DNA of 64,000 nt from an uncultured Bacteroidales bacterium (GCA_903877385.1 CAIRDP010000061.1:44566-108565), one strand, 5' to 3'. Shown: positions 48,366 to 57,177, counted from the stretch's first letter. Notes: a model not told the origin generated them from the letters alone. Numbers and translations: made by a program.

Positions 48366-49211
48366 ATGAAGAAGTCGCAGGAAGAGTTGCTCGAAAACCA
48401 GGATATCGAGATCAGGTTACTGATCCAGGCGATCTATGACAAGTACGGCTACGACTTCCGCAATTATTCCCAGGCCCATATCAAGCGAAGGATACTCAAC
48501 CGCTTCATGCTGTCGGGGATGAGCTCGGTCTCCCAAATGATTCATGAATGTTTGGTCAATCATAAATTCGTGGATCAGATACTGATGGACCTTTCGATCA
48601 ATGTGACCGAGATGTTCAGGGATCCTGCATTTTATAAGGCCATCCGTGAACATGTTGTACCCGTGCTGAAGACCTATCCCTTTATCAAGATCTGGCATGC
48701 GGGCTGTTCAAGCGGGGAGGAAGTGTATTCCATGGCCATACTGCTGAAGGAAGAAGGCTTGTACGCGAGGACCCAGATCTATGCAACCGATTTTAACCCG
48801 GTGATCATCAAACAGGCTAAGGAAGGGATTTACCCTATAAGCCGGATGAAGGAATTTACTGTGAATTACCAGAGGGCAGGGGGCAAAGCTTCGTTCTCGG
48901 ATTATTATACGGCGAATTACGAATCGGCCAAATTGCTTGATTCGTTTAAGAAGAACATTGTTTTTGCCACACACAACCTGGTCACTGATTCGGTGTTTGC
49001 CGAAGTGCATATGGTCGTTTGCCGTAATGTGCTGATTTATTTTGACCGTGCTCTTCAGGATAAGGTATTAGGCCTCTTCTCCGATTCCCTCACAGGCGGC
49101 GGCGTTCTCTGTTTGGGATCAAAAGAAAACCTGCAGTTTTCGGGATATTACAATAACTTTGACGGACTGGTGTCGGGTGAGAGGATTTATATTAAAAGGT
49201 ACCATGTATGA
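48366..49211 (+). CDS. cheR: CheR-type protein-glutamate O-methyltransferase
   Basis: MFRDPAFY, IWHAGCSSGEEVYSMAILL (SAM-binding motif), CRNVLIYF. Confidence 0.9.
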   Translation: MKKSQEELLENQDIEIRLLIQAIYDKYGYDFRNYSQAHIKRRILNRFMLSGMSSVSQMIHECLVNHKFVDQILMDLSINVTEMFRDPAFYKAIREHVVPVLKTYPFIKIWHAGCSSGEEVYSMAILLKEEGLYARTQIYATDFNPVIIKQAKEGIYPISRMKEFTVNYQRAGGKASFSDYYTANYESAKLLDSFKKNIVFATHNLVTDSVFAEVHMVVCRNVLIYFDRALQDKVLGLFSDSLTGGGVLCLGSKENLQFSGYYNNFDGLVSGERIYIKRYHV

Positions 49212-49777
49212 CCCCTGCAAAGAAATATAAAGCTGTTGTTTTAGGTTCATCTGCAGGCGGGCTTAATGCCCTTAAAACCCTTTTAAGGAACCTTAACAGG
49301 GACTTCAGGTTACCGGTAATTATTGTACAACATATAAGTCCTGATTCGGAGAATTACCTCATTCATATCCTGAACGACCTGAAACGCCTGAAGGTGAAAG
49401 AAGCAGATGAAAAGGAGCACCCCCAGCCGGGGCATGCTTATGTGGCCCCTCCCAATTATCATCTGCTTTTGGAACCTGACCAAACCTTCACCCTTACCGT
49501 GGATGAACGGGTGAATTATGCAAGGCCTTCCATTGATGTGTTATTCGAGACTGCCGCTGAGGCCTACCGCGAACATCTCATCGGCATCATTCTTACCGGG
49601 GCCAATAATGACGGCAGCCGGGGCCTTAAAAGGATAAAGGAGCTGGGTGGGATGGCCATAGTTCAGGACCCTGAAACCGCCGAAGTGGATTCCATGCCTA
49701 AAGCTGCTATCCAGGCCTGTGCTGTTGATCATATCCTTTCGCTGGAAGAAATTTCGGCATTGTTGAATACCCTTTAA
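49208..49777 (+). CDS. cheB: CheB-type protein-glutamate methylesterase, catalytic domain only (no receiver domain)
   Basis: 189 aa. VVLGSSAGGLNAL (nucleophile Ser), VQHISPD (His), LTGANNDGSRGL (Asp). The ATGA start overlaps the cheR stop. Confidence 0.85.
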   Translation: MTPAKKYKAVVLGSSAGGLNALKTLLRNLNRDFRLPVIIVQHISPDSENYLIHILNDLKRLKVKEADEKEHPQPGHAYVAPPNYHLLLEPDQTFTLTVDERVNYARPSIDVLFETAAEAYREHLIGIILTGANNDGSRGLKRIKELGGMAIVQDPETAEVDSMPKAAIQACAVDHILSLEEISALLNTL

Positions 49778-49801
49778 TTTGAATTTCAGAAACGATTACC
49801 T

Positions 49802-51394
49802 ATGAATCTCAAACCAAAAATTCTTATTGTCGATGACAATGTGAGCAATATCCTGGTGATCGAAGAGATCCTTTCAGACCTGGATGTGGAACTCGTGAGA
49901 GCCAGGTCGGGGCTGGAGGCTATTGAAAAAACAAAGCAGCATGAATTCGCGCTCATTCTTATGGATGTGCAGATGCCGGGAATGGACGGTTTTGAAGCCG
50001 TGGAGATCATCCGCCAGGATATTAAAAATTTCTTATTGCCTATAATTTACATCACGGCCATCTACAATGAAAATTATTACAGGACCAAGGGGATCAAGAC
50101 CGGAGCCGTGGATTTTATCGCCAAACCCATTATCCCCGACCTGTTTATCGGGAAAGTCACGTTGTTTGTAAACCTTTACAAACAGAGGATTTCGCTCGAG
50201 CAGGAGGTCGAGAAAAGAAAAGAAGCCGAGGAGGAAATGAAACTGGCCAGGGACCAGGCGAGGGAAGCAGCCCATGCGAAACAGCTTTTTCTTTCGACCA
50301 TGAGCCACGAAATACGGACTCCCCTCAATGCCATTGTTAATACGGCTAAACTGCTTAAAGAAGAAAACCCGAGGGCCGACCAGATCGAAGACCTTGAGAT
50401 CCTGGAGTTTTCGGCCGAAAACCTTCTGCACCTCATCAATGACATCCTTGATTTTTCGAAGATCGATGCAGGCAAGATAGAGTTTGAAGCCATTGAATTT
50501 GAGATCAGGAAACTCATGAACGGCATCCATCAGAGTTTTGAGTACCAGGCAACGATGAAGAACATTGCCTTGGAGTTTATTGTAGGCCAGGACGTTCCCG
50601 ATGTGATTATCGGCGATTCCGCTCGTTTGTCGCAGATAATGATAAACCTTATCGGGAATGCCATCAAGTTTACCGACAAAGGGAAGGTTATTGTTGAAAC
50701 TGTTCTCCTGGCTTCAAAAGGCAAGGAACTTGAACTTGTGATGAGGGTTTCCGATACGGGGATCGGTATTCCGGAGGATAAAATTCAATTCGTATTCGAG
50801 AGCTTTACGCAGGCATCCTCATCCACTACCCGCAAATACGGAGGCACGGGACTTGGGCTTGCCATCACCCGCAAACTGGTTTCGATGCAGGGAGGCTCAA
50901 TCGATGTGAAGAGCAAGGTGGGGGCGGGAAGTGTTTTTTCGGTGACTTTGCCCTTTATCCGCAGTGAAAAAGACCACCTGGAAGAGGATATGCTCATGAG
51001 AGCGAGTTTTCAGAGCCTTGCCGGTTTAAGGGTTCTGGTGGTTGAGGACAATCTCGTAAACCAGAAGATTGTATCAAAGTTTCTTATGAAATGGGATGTG
51101 AATGTGGATGTCGCTGAGAACGGGCTCATAGCCGTTGAGAAGGCAAGTCATAATATCTACGACCTGGTTCTTATGGACCTGCACATGCCCGAGATGAACG
51201 GTTACGATGCCACTCTTGCAATCAGGAAGATGGAAGGAAACCCCAACAAGGATATGCCTATCATTGCTTTGACCGCATCGGCTTTCATTGAGGACCGCGA
51301 GAAAATTTATACTTACGGCATGAGCGGATACATCATAAAACCTTTCAATCCTTCGGAATTATACTGGAAGATAGCGCCGTTTATAAAAAAATAG
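49802..51394 (+). CDS. Hybrid histidine kinase REC-coiled coil-HisKA-HATPase_c-REC
   Basis: N-terminal REC ([20 protein letters not shown]), H-box [31 protein letters not shown]-terminal REC ([23 protein letters not shown]). Confidence 0.9.
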   Translation: MNLKPKILIVDDNVSNILVIEEILSDLDVELVRARSGLEAIEKTKQHEFALILMDVQMPGMDGFEAVEIIRQDIKNFLLPIIYITAIYNENYYRTKGIKTGAVDFIAKPIIPDLFIGKVTLFVNLYKQRISLEQEVEKRKEAEEEMKLARDQAREAAHAKQLFLSTMSHEIRTPLNAIVNTAKLLKEENPRADQIEDLEILEFSAENLLHLINDILDFSKIDAGKIEFEAIEFEIRKLMNGIHQSFEYQATMKNIALEFIVGQDVPDVIIGDSARLSQIMINLIGNAIKFTDKGKVIVETVLLASKGKELELVMRVSDTGIGIPEDKIQFVFESFTQASSSTTRKYGGTGLGLAITRKLVSMQGGSIDVKSKVGAGSVFSVTLPFIRSEKDHLEEDMLMRASFQSLAGLRVLVVEDNLVNQKIVSKFLMKWDVNVDVAENGLIAVEKASHNIYDLVLMDLHMPEMNGYDATLAIRKMEGNPNKDMPIIALTASAFIEDREKIYTYGMSGYIIKPFNPSELYWKIAPFIKK

Positions 51395-51489
51395 CGAAGT
51401 AGCGAAGTAGCGAAATTTATTCGCACTAATCTTCTATTTCTTTTGCATGTTCATTTCGGCTTCATCAACCGCTATTCGCTACTTCGCTG
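51392..51489. repeat. Octamer tandem (TAGCGAAG x3) with complementary distal arm bridging two convergent stop codons; likely bidirectional terminator, related to the element at 20646-20739
   Basis: TAGCGAAGTAGCGAAGTAGCGAAAT ...(52 nt)... CCGCTATTCGCTACTTCGCTG. The RC of the right arm shares AGCGAAGTAGCGAA (14/14) with the left arm. The first TAG is the HK stop, and the meaB stop (CTA at 51479-81) lies inside the right arm. Confidence 0.75.
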
Positions 51490-52573
51490 TTTCATTATTT
51501 ATTTTTAGAAGCATTGCCGCAGCAGTGTAAGGGCTTAAATTTCCCGAAAGCACCTCTTTCTCAAAATTCGCCATAGCCTGCATGATATCTTTTCGGCCAT
51601 AGAAATTCTGTTTAAGTGCCTGGTCGATGGTTTCAGTAAGGACCTGCCTGAACTGCTGTTTCCTTTGATGATCGAAAAATCCGTTCGTTTTGGTAGTTTC
51701 GGTGAAATCCCCGATCAGATCCCAAACCGCTTCAATGCCTGTCCTGCTGCGGGCCGAACAGATATCGACCACCGGGTTCCAGCCGCATTCGGCGGGGGGA
51801 TAAAGATGCAGGGCGTTCTTGTATTCTACCCTTGCAGCCTTGGCTTTATTGATATTATCCCCGTCGGCCTTGTTGATGATAATGGCATCAGCCATTTCCA
51901 TGATACCGCGCTTCATGCCCTGCAGCTCATCGCCTGCACCGGCAAGCATAAGCAAGAGAAAGAAATCAACCATGGACCTCACAGTAGTTTCCGACTGCCC
52001 GACCCCGACTGTCTCAACAAGAATCACATCGAAGCCTGCAGCTTCACAAAGGATGATGGTTTCCCTGGTCTTGCGTGCAACACCGCCCAGGGAGCCGGCC
52101 GAGGGAGAAGGCCTGATATAGGCTTTAGGTTCCACAGCCAGCTCTTCCATTCTCGTTTTATCTCCGAGAATGCTTCCTTTTGAACGGGTGCTGCTCGGAT
52201 CGATGGCAAGGACAGCAACCTGGTGCCCCTTCGGGATCAGGTACATCCCAAGGGCTTCGATGAATGTGCTTTTTCCAACCCCTGGAACCCCTGTGATGCC
52301 GATACGGATTGATTTCCCCGAGAAAGGCAGGCAGGTATTGATAATTTCCTGTGCTTTTTGCTGATGGGCATGCAGCGAACTTTCGATCAGGGTGATCGCT
52401 TTGCTCAGGATCGTACGGTTTCCCGACCTGATGCCCGCAACAAACTCCCCGGCACTCAGGGGATGCGGACGTTTCGCTTTCAGCTTTATCACGGCATCTG
52501 CGTTGATCTGATCAGGTTGTTCGATCCCGTCCATTACATTCAGAGCCGATTTAAATTCCTGCTTTTTGCTCAT
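51479..52573 (-). CDS. meaB: Methylmalonyl-CoA mutase-associated G-protein chaperone (MeaB/ArgK)
   Basis: P-loop GITGVPGVGKST. VLAIDPSS, ETVGVGQSE, INKADGD (NKxD). Confidence 0.9.
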   Translation of the reverse strand: MSKKQEFKSALNVMDGIEQPDQINADAVIKLKAKRPHPLSAGEFVAGIRSGNRTILSKAITLIESSLHAHQQKAQEIINTCLPFSGKSIRIGITGVPGVGKSTFIEALGMYLIPKGHQVAVLAIDPSSTRSKGSILGDKTRMEELAVEPKAYIRPSPSAGSLGGVARKTRETIILCEAAGFDVILVETVGVGQSETTVRSMVDFFLLLMLAGAGDELQGMKRGIMEMADAIIINKADGDNINKAKAARVEYKNALHLYPPAECGWNPVVDICSARSRTGIEAVWDLIGDFTETTKTNGFFDHQRKQQFRQVLTETIDQALKQNFYGRKDIMQAMANFEKEVLSGNLSPYTAAAMLLKINNETAK

Positions 52574-52859
52574 TGGTTTTCCTTCACTTATTCTTCTAGG
52601 TATTTTTATTCGCTCTAGGTAAAGTCCCTGCCTCTCAGCGGCGGAACCCTAGTCCAGGGCTCTGCCCTGGAGTTAATATTTCCTGTGGTCCTGTCCTGAA
52701 ACAGCATTACAATCCATAAAATCCGGAACGGCATAAGTGTATGCCTGATCATGCCATCCCCAACGAAGCAGGATCTTGCCATCAGGTGATCAAAAATACA
52801 GAAAAACCCCTGATCTCAAATATTTAGCCGAATCCTTTTATCATTCCATTGAAAATTTC

Positions 52860-52867
52860 TATCTTTG
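52860..52867 (+). promoter_or_regulatory. Bacteroidota -7 promoter box (TAnnTTTG) for tRNA-Lys
   Basis: TATCTTTG ends 11 nt before the first nucleotide of the tRNA. Confidence 0.55.
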
Positions 52868-52878
52868 CACCCCCAAAC

Positions 52879-52951
52879 CTCTCCGTAGCTCAGCTGGTAG
52901 AGCAATTGACTCTTAATCAATGGGTCACAGGTTCGAATCCTGTCGGGGAGA
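52879..52951 (+). tRNA. tRNA-Lys (anticodon CTT)
   Basis: 73 nt folded by hand as a cloverleaf. Acceptor CTCTCCG/CGGGGAG (one G-U pair), D arm GCTC-AGCTGGTA-GAGC, anticodon arm ATTGA-CTCTTAA-TCAAT, T arm ACAGG-TTCGAAT-CCTGT, discriminator A. No encoded CCA. Confidence 0.9.
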
Positions 52952-52960
52952 CAGAAAATC

Positions 52961-52994
52961 AACCACTTACAAAGACAAAGTAAGTGGTTTTTTT
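52961..52994 (+). terminator. Rho-independent terminator after tRNA-Lys
   Basis: AACCACTTAC-aaagacaaa-GTAAGTGGTT (10-bp perfect stem) running into a T7 tract. Confidence 0.8.
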
Positions 52995-53196
52995 AATTAG
53001 TACACACAAAAGTACACACCAATCAAGATTTGCTTTAGGGCGATCCTTACTTTATGTTTCTCATCTTTATTCATTTTCAGGTTTTGCACAAGGTTCGTAA
53101 TAATGGGATCTGAATTATTGAATTGCTCTTTTCCCAAGAGGGAAAATTTCCCTGCAGGTTTTGTTACCCGCTAACATTCAGTTCATTTATTTTCAT

Positions 53197-53215
53197 TGTT
53201 CATTTTCAATGAACA
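53197..53215. promoter_or_regulatory. 19-bp palindromic operator candidate, distal copy
   Basis: TGTTCATT-TTC-AATGAACA. It is the exact reverse complement of the copy at 53327-53345. Confidence 0.6.
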
Positions 53216-53316
53216 TAATGTATTGATGAACAAAATATTAAATAACGATCACATATTTAATGAACTGGGGCTATGAAATTTTTTTCAAGATTTATTTGTT
53301 TTTATAAAATGTTCAC

Positions 53317-53324
53317 TATATTTG
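53317..53324 (+). promoter_or_regulatory. Candidate -7 promoter box (TAnnTTTG) of the AbiE-like cassette
   Basis: TATATTTG, 2 nt upstream of the proximal palindrome and 45 nt upstream of the ATG at 53370. Confidence 0.5.
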
Positions 53325-53326
53325 CT

Positions 53327-53345
53327 TGTTCATTGAAAATGAACA
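53327..53345. promoter_or_regulatory. 19-bp palindromic operator candidate, proximal copy (overlaps the predicted transcription start)
   Basis: TGTTCATT-GAA-AATGAACA. At least five extra GTTCA/TGAAC half-sites lie within 53180-53365. Confidence 0.6.
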
Positions 53346-53369
53346 AAGGAATTAAGTGAACGAATAGCC

Positions 53370-54365
53370 ATGAGAAACGATAAAGAAATACTTACCGAAG
53401 CTGTGAACAGCCTGTATAAGTACACTAAAATAGAGGCAACTATTGAAGATGGAAGATTACGATACGATGCCTATCTGAATATTGCCGGAGCACGGTTTGT
53501 GGTTGAGGTCAAATCTGAAATCACTAAGGGAAATAAGGGTATCGTTCTCGCGGACCTGAAAAATATCTCCCTAAAAAATAACCTTCCTATCCTATTGGTT
53601 ACAAAATACATTCCCAGAGATATTGCGAAGGAATATGTGGAGGAAGGAATAAATTGCCTTGATGTTGCGGGTAATTGCAACATAAGACAGAACAAGCTTT
53701 TGCTACTAATTGAGGGGAAAAAGATTGAACGAATGGCCAGAGTAAACCAACCCCGTGCTTTTCAGGAAGCGGGTATCAAGCTACTCTTCCAATTTCTGAT
53801 TGATCCTGAAAAAACTCAACTTCCTTACCGCGACTTGGCAGGACTTGCCAATATTTCTTTAGGATCTGTCGGGATGATCATGCAGGAATTGATGGATCTC
53901 AACTTTATTCTTAAAACGAAGCAGACCAAAAAGTTGAAAAATACCAAAGACTTACTCAATCGCTGGATAACGGCTTACCACGATGTATTGAGGCCACGTT
54001 TACTAAAAAAGCAGATGCGATTTATTAACCAGGATTATTATAATCGTTGGAAAGATATAGTTCTTGACAAAATCAACGGCACTGTCTATTGGGGTGGCGA
54101 GCCTGCTGCGAACTTGCTCACTGGCTACTTGCACCCGGGTACTTTTACCATATATACTGATCAGAACTGGCAAAGTTTCAAAGAGATTGAGCTTGTTCCC
54201 GATGAAACCGGTAAGGTTGAAGTGCTTGAAATGTTCTGGAAGAAGCAATCTTATAACGGGGTGCCTCCTGTCCTGGTATATGCGGACTTGATGAGCAGCG
54301 GAAGGGACCGGAATACTGAAACCGCAAAATTAATCTTAGATAATGAGCTACAATATATCAAGTGA
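53370..54365 (+). CDS. AbiEi-like wHTH protein (putative type IV antitoxin/regulator) with N-terminal PD-(D/E)xK-like domain
   Basis: 331 aa. N-terminal D33...E46-V-K48 (RYDAYLNIAGARFVVEVKSE), then ILLVTKYIPRDIAKEYVEEGINCLDVAGN, resembling the Mrr-cat/restriction-endonuclease fold. Central wHTH-like segment (LPYRDLAGLANISLGSVGMIMQELMDLNFI). C-terminal tail (VLVYADLMSSGRDRNTETAKLI) resembles AbiEi C-termini. Overlaps the downstream NTase gene by 23 nt. Confidence 0.55.
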   Translation: MRNDKEILTEAVNSLYKYTKIEATIEDGRLRYDAYLNIAGARFVVEVKSEITKGNKGIVLADLKNISLKNNLPILLVTKYIPRDIAKEYVEEGINCLDVAGNCNIRQNKLLLLIEGKKIERMARVNQPRAFQEAGIKLLFQFLIDPEKTQLPYRDLAGLANISLGSVGMIMQELMDLNFILKTKQTKKLKNTKDLLNRWITAYHDVLRPRLLKKQMRFINQDYYNRWKDIVLDKINGTVYWGGEPAANLLTGYLHPGTFTIYTDQNWQSFKEIELVPDETGKVEVLEMFWKKQSYNGVPPVLVYADLMSSGRDRNTETAKLILDNELQYIK

Positions 54366-55191
54366 TCGATTGAGCAATCCATTGTTGAAAGAATTGCTGC
54401 AGGCTCTTACTGTCTTTTTTGAATCGGTGGGTTCCGAATTTTACGTCATTGGTGCCACTGCCCGAGACATCATTCTGTCAGGTATTCATGCCCAGCATTC
54501 CGGGAGGAAAACTGTTGATCTTGATATAGCAATTGCAATCCCTGATTGGAATAGGTATCAAGAAATTTCCGACCGTCTATGCCATGAAGAGGGTTTTACT
54601 AAATCAACGGAGCAAAAACAACGGTTTTTGTATAAAGCAGTCTACATGCTCGATATCGTTCCATTCGGAGATGTCGCTAAAGAAGATAAGTACATTTACT
54701 GGCCACCTGAAGAATCCTTTGCTATGCCGGTTCATGGCTTTGTTGAAGTGTCAAAAGATGCTCTTGAGGTCACGGTGGATAATGAATTGACGATCCGGGT
54801 TGCTTCTTTACCGGGAATTTTCATTCTAAAATTGATTGCTTGGTACGACAGGCACCTTGAACACGACAGGGATGCAGAGGACATGGCTTTTATAATCTCC
54901 AATTACTTGTCACTAAACGACGAAAGGTCGGCCCGAGATCATTATGATATTTATGATCGAACTCCTTTCTCTAATTTCATTGCTGGAGCTACACTGATAG
55001 CTCGGGATATAATCACTGTGATCAAGGACGATTTATCAGTCCGGGAAAGGTTAGTAACCATTCTTCGGGAAGAAATTAATAAAACACTTGACAGCCCTCT
55101 GATCAATCAAATGCTTGAAACCCACCAACCGCTTAAATACGAGGAAGTATACGATGCATTGTTTTCAATGACCAACGAATTAACTAAATAG
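54343..55191 (+). CDS. Pol-beta-fold nucleotidyltransferase, AbiEii/DUF1814-like (putative toxin/effector)
   Basis: 282 aa. NTase signature G37-A...D59-L-D61 (VIGATARD...RKTVDLDIAI). Third acidic residue D104 (YMLDIVPFG). KLIAWYDR....DAEDMAFI resembles AbiEii motif III. Confidence 0.6.
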   Translation: MSYNISSDRLSNPLLKELLQALTVFFESVGSEFYVIGATARDIILSGIHAQHSGRKTVDLDIAIAIPDWNRYQEISDRLCHEEGFTKSTEQKQRFLYKAVYMLDIVPFGDVAKEDKYIYWPPEESFAMPVHGFVEVSKDALEVTVDNELTIRVASLPGIFILKLIAWYDRHLEHDRDAEDMAFIISNYLSLNDERSARDHYDIYDRTPFSNFIAGATLIARDIITVIKDDLSVRERLVTILREEINKTLDSPLINQMLETHQPLKYEEVYDALFSMTNELTK

Positions 55192-55452
55192 AATATGGCA
55201 GAAACTGAAGAAACCAACGAAGAAATTGTAGTTGAAGATAACCAGGTGATCTGTGTGGACGGGCCGGCGCTATTGAATGATGGTCGCCGATCTTAGGGTT
55301 TATATTCTCAGTTAGAGAATTGCCCCTGAAATTCTTTAAGACGGTCAATTAAAGATTCTTGAACAGCAATTTTCTTCTGCCAAAATGATGGTAACTGCGG
55401 TGGGAACCATAGTGGATATGATCATTCCCGTTTAAGTTTCACCCGCGGTCGC

Positions 55453-56319
55453 TCATTGCTTCACCAGCTCTACCCGGCGGTTCAGGGCGCGGCCTTCTTC
55501 TGTATCGTTTGTAGCCATGGGGGCAGTAGGTCCATCGCCCCAGGCTTTCAGGCGGGAAGCTGCCAGCCCGTAATTTTTAACCAATGCATTCACGATGGCC
55601 ATGGCCCGGTCCTGGGAAAGTTTCATGTTTGCATCAAATATCCCTGTGTTATCGGTATGGCCTACTACGTAAAGCCTTAGAGACGGCTCAATTTTCAGCA
55701 ATTTCGCAATTTCGTCCAGAGCCGGTTTTGATTCGGCTTTGACATCCGCCTTCCCGGTATCGAAATAAATGCCATAAAGGGCGGCTTTACCGGTTTCCCT
55801 TATGCTTTTATCCATGGTGCTTGCATCAGCAACGACATCCTGCTTCATAACCTGCTTCTCAACCAGGTGAATGGAATAGGAACCGTTGCCGTTGGCCGAA
55901 ATATAGGCCCAGGTCTCCATGCCGTTCTTTGCAACCTTCACCACCACGTCTTCGCCCGGGTCATGCCATTCGTACACAAGCTGACCGCCGACCGATTTGG
56001 CTGCATTGATGTAATTGCGGCCGATCTGCAGCGGGCTGGGGGCCTGGACATTATCATTGAGGTCATAAATTATGAACAGGTGATGCCCTTCCACAACCTG
56101 GGTTTTATTGCTGCTGATTTTGAATTCATACTGATCAAACTGCAGGTCATCATACCGGTATATATGATAACCGTTCATGCGGGTGAACAATGCCGGATCT
56201 TTGCTGCCTTCTGCGTCATTCTGTGAGAAGGAGGAAATGGCCGGCAGGATAAAAATCCAACACAGAATAAAGACCAAAGAAAGCCGCTTTAAGTTTTTTC
56301 TCTTTTTCTTCATGATCAT
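55453..56319 (-). CDS. OmpA-family protein (C-terminal peptidoglycan-binding OmpA domain)
   Basis: Signal peptide. C-terminus LYVVGHTDNTG....N..LSQDRA.A....L....G.......A.G.G...P.A.N.TEEGRA.NRRVELV. Confidence 0.9.
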   Translation of the reverse strand: MIMKKKRKNLKRLSLVFILCWIFILPAISSFSQNDAEGSKDPALFTRMNGYHIYRYDDLQFDQYEFKISSNKTQVVEGHHLFIIYDLNDNVQAPSPLQIGRNYINAAKSVGGQLVYEWHDPGEDVVVKVAKNGMETWAYISANGNGSYSIHLVEKQVMKQDVVADASTMDKSIRETGKAALYGIYFDTGKADVKAESKPALDEIAKLLKIEPSLRLYVVGHTDNTGIFDANMKLSQDRAMAIVNALVKNYGLAASRLKAWGDGPTAPMATNDTEEGRALNRRVELVKQ

Positions 56320-56358
56320 ACGTTTTAATAAAAAAAAGGACTCTGTTCAATAAGAGAT

Positions 56359-57177
56359 CTATTTCCCAAACAATCTCATAAGGAATGCCTTCATATCATT
56401 CCATGATGCCTTATCAGCTTCAGCATTATATTCAATAGGCAGGTTGAACTCCTTCCCCAGCCTGCTTGCATCAGGATTTGTAAAGGCATGGGTTGCATTG
56501 GGGTAGGTTTTAAAAGTATAATCAGCGTGGATTGAATCCATCTGGTGTTTGAAGGTATCCACATCATGCTGGGTAACCGATTTGTCGCTGCCCCCATGGC
56601 AAATGAGTATTTTTGCTTTTAATGACTGCCTGTTTACAGGCAACCCGCCAAGGCCGCCATGGAAACTCACGATCCCTTTAAAATCTGCTCCCAGTTTGGC
56701 ATAATTAAGGACCATGGATCCTCCAAAACAATAACCTATGGCGGCAATATTCCCTGTATCTGCCCGGGAATATTCCCTGATCTTTTTGACAGCAGCATCA
56801 AGCCTGGTTTTTGCCAGGCCCGGATCATTGTAATACGGTGCTGTAAGTTCCCTGGCTTCCTGTGGATTGGAGGCAGTCTTGCCGCTTCCGAACATATCCA
56901 CTGCCATGGCCAGATAGCCAAGTGAGGCAAGCTGCCTCGTCCTCATTTTGGCATAATCATTCAGACCCCACCACTCATGGACCACAAAAACGACCGGCAG
57001 TTTTCCTTTAATAGCCTCATCATAGGCGATAAAACCAATGAGATTGACTCCGTTGGCTGTATAATTTACAGTTTCTTCTTTGATTTTTGATGTCATGGTT
57101 TTAGAATATGTGATCAGGATGATTGCGAAAATAAAAGTGCCGAGAAGGATTGAGATTTTAAGAAATTTTGATTTCAT
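56359..57177 (-). CDS. Dienelactone hydrolase-family alpha/beta hydrolase, secreted
   Basis: Signal peptide. HEWWGLNDY, nucleophile elbow IGYCFGG, and the HAF His region. Confidence 0.85.
   Translation of the reverse strand: MKSKFLKISILLGTFIFAIILITYSKTMTSKIKEETVNYTANGVNLIGFIAYDEAIKGKLPVVFVVHEWWGLNDYAKMRTRQLASLGYLAMAVDMFGSGKTASNPQEARELTAPYYNDPGLAKTRLDAAVKKIREYSRADTGNIAAIGYCFGGSMVLNYAKLGADFKGIVSFHGGLGGLPVNRQSLKAKILICHGGSDKSVTQHDVDTFKHQMDSIHADYTFKTYPNATHAFTNPDASRLGKEFNLPIEYNAEADKASWNDMKAFLMRLFGK

Noticed and set aside
52574-52700. Cobalamin riboswitch in the meaB leader (hairpin TCCAGGGC-TCT-GCCCTGGA at about 52650-52668)
   Set aside because: Only a single 8-bp hairpin is present, and no B12-box-like sequence is recognisable on the minus strand.
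55195-55296. 33-aa ORF (MAETEETNEEIVVEDNQVICVDGPALLNDGRRS) just after the NTase gene
   Set aside because: It is too short and acidic, with no motif. It could be a third cassette component or a gene remnant, but the sequence alone cannot support it.
52952-55452. Integrated prophage, ICE or integrase-borne island at tRNA-Lys
   Set aside because: There is no integrase, recombinase or phage gene. By eye I could not find a direct repeat of the tRNA 3' end downstream. It is treated only as a small low-GC islet.
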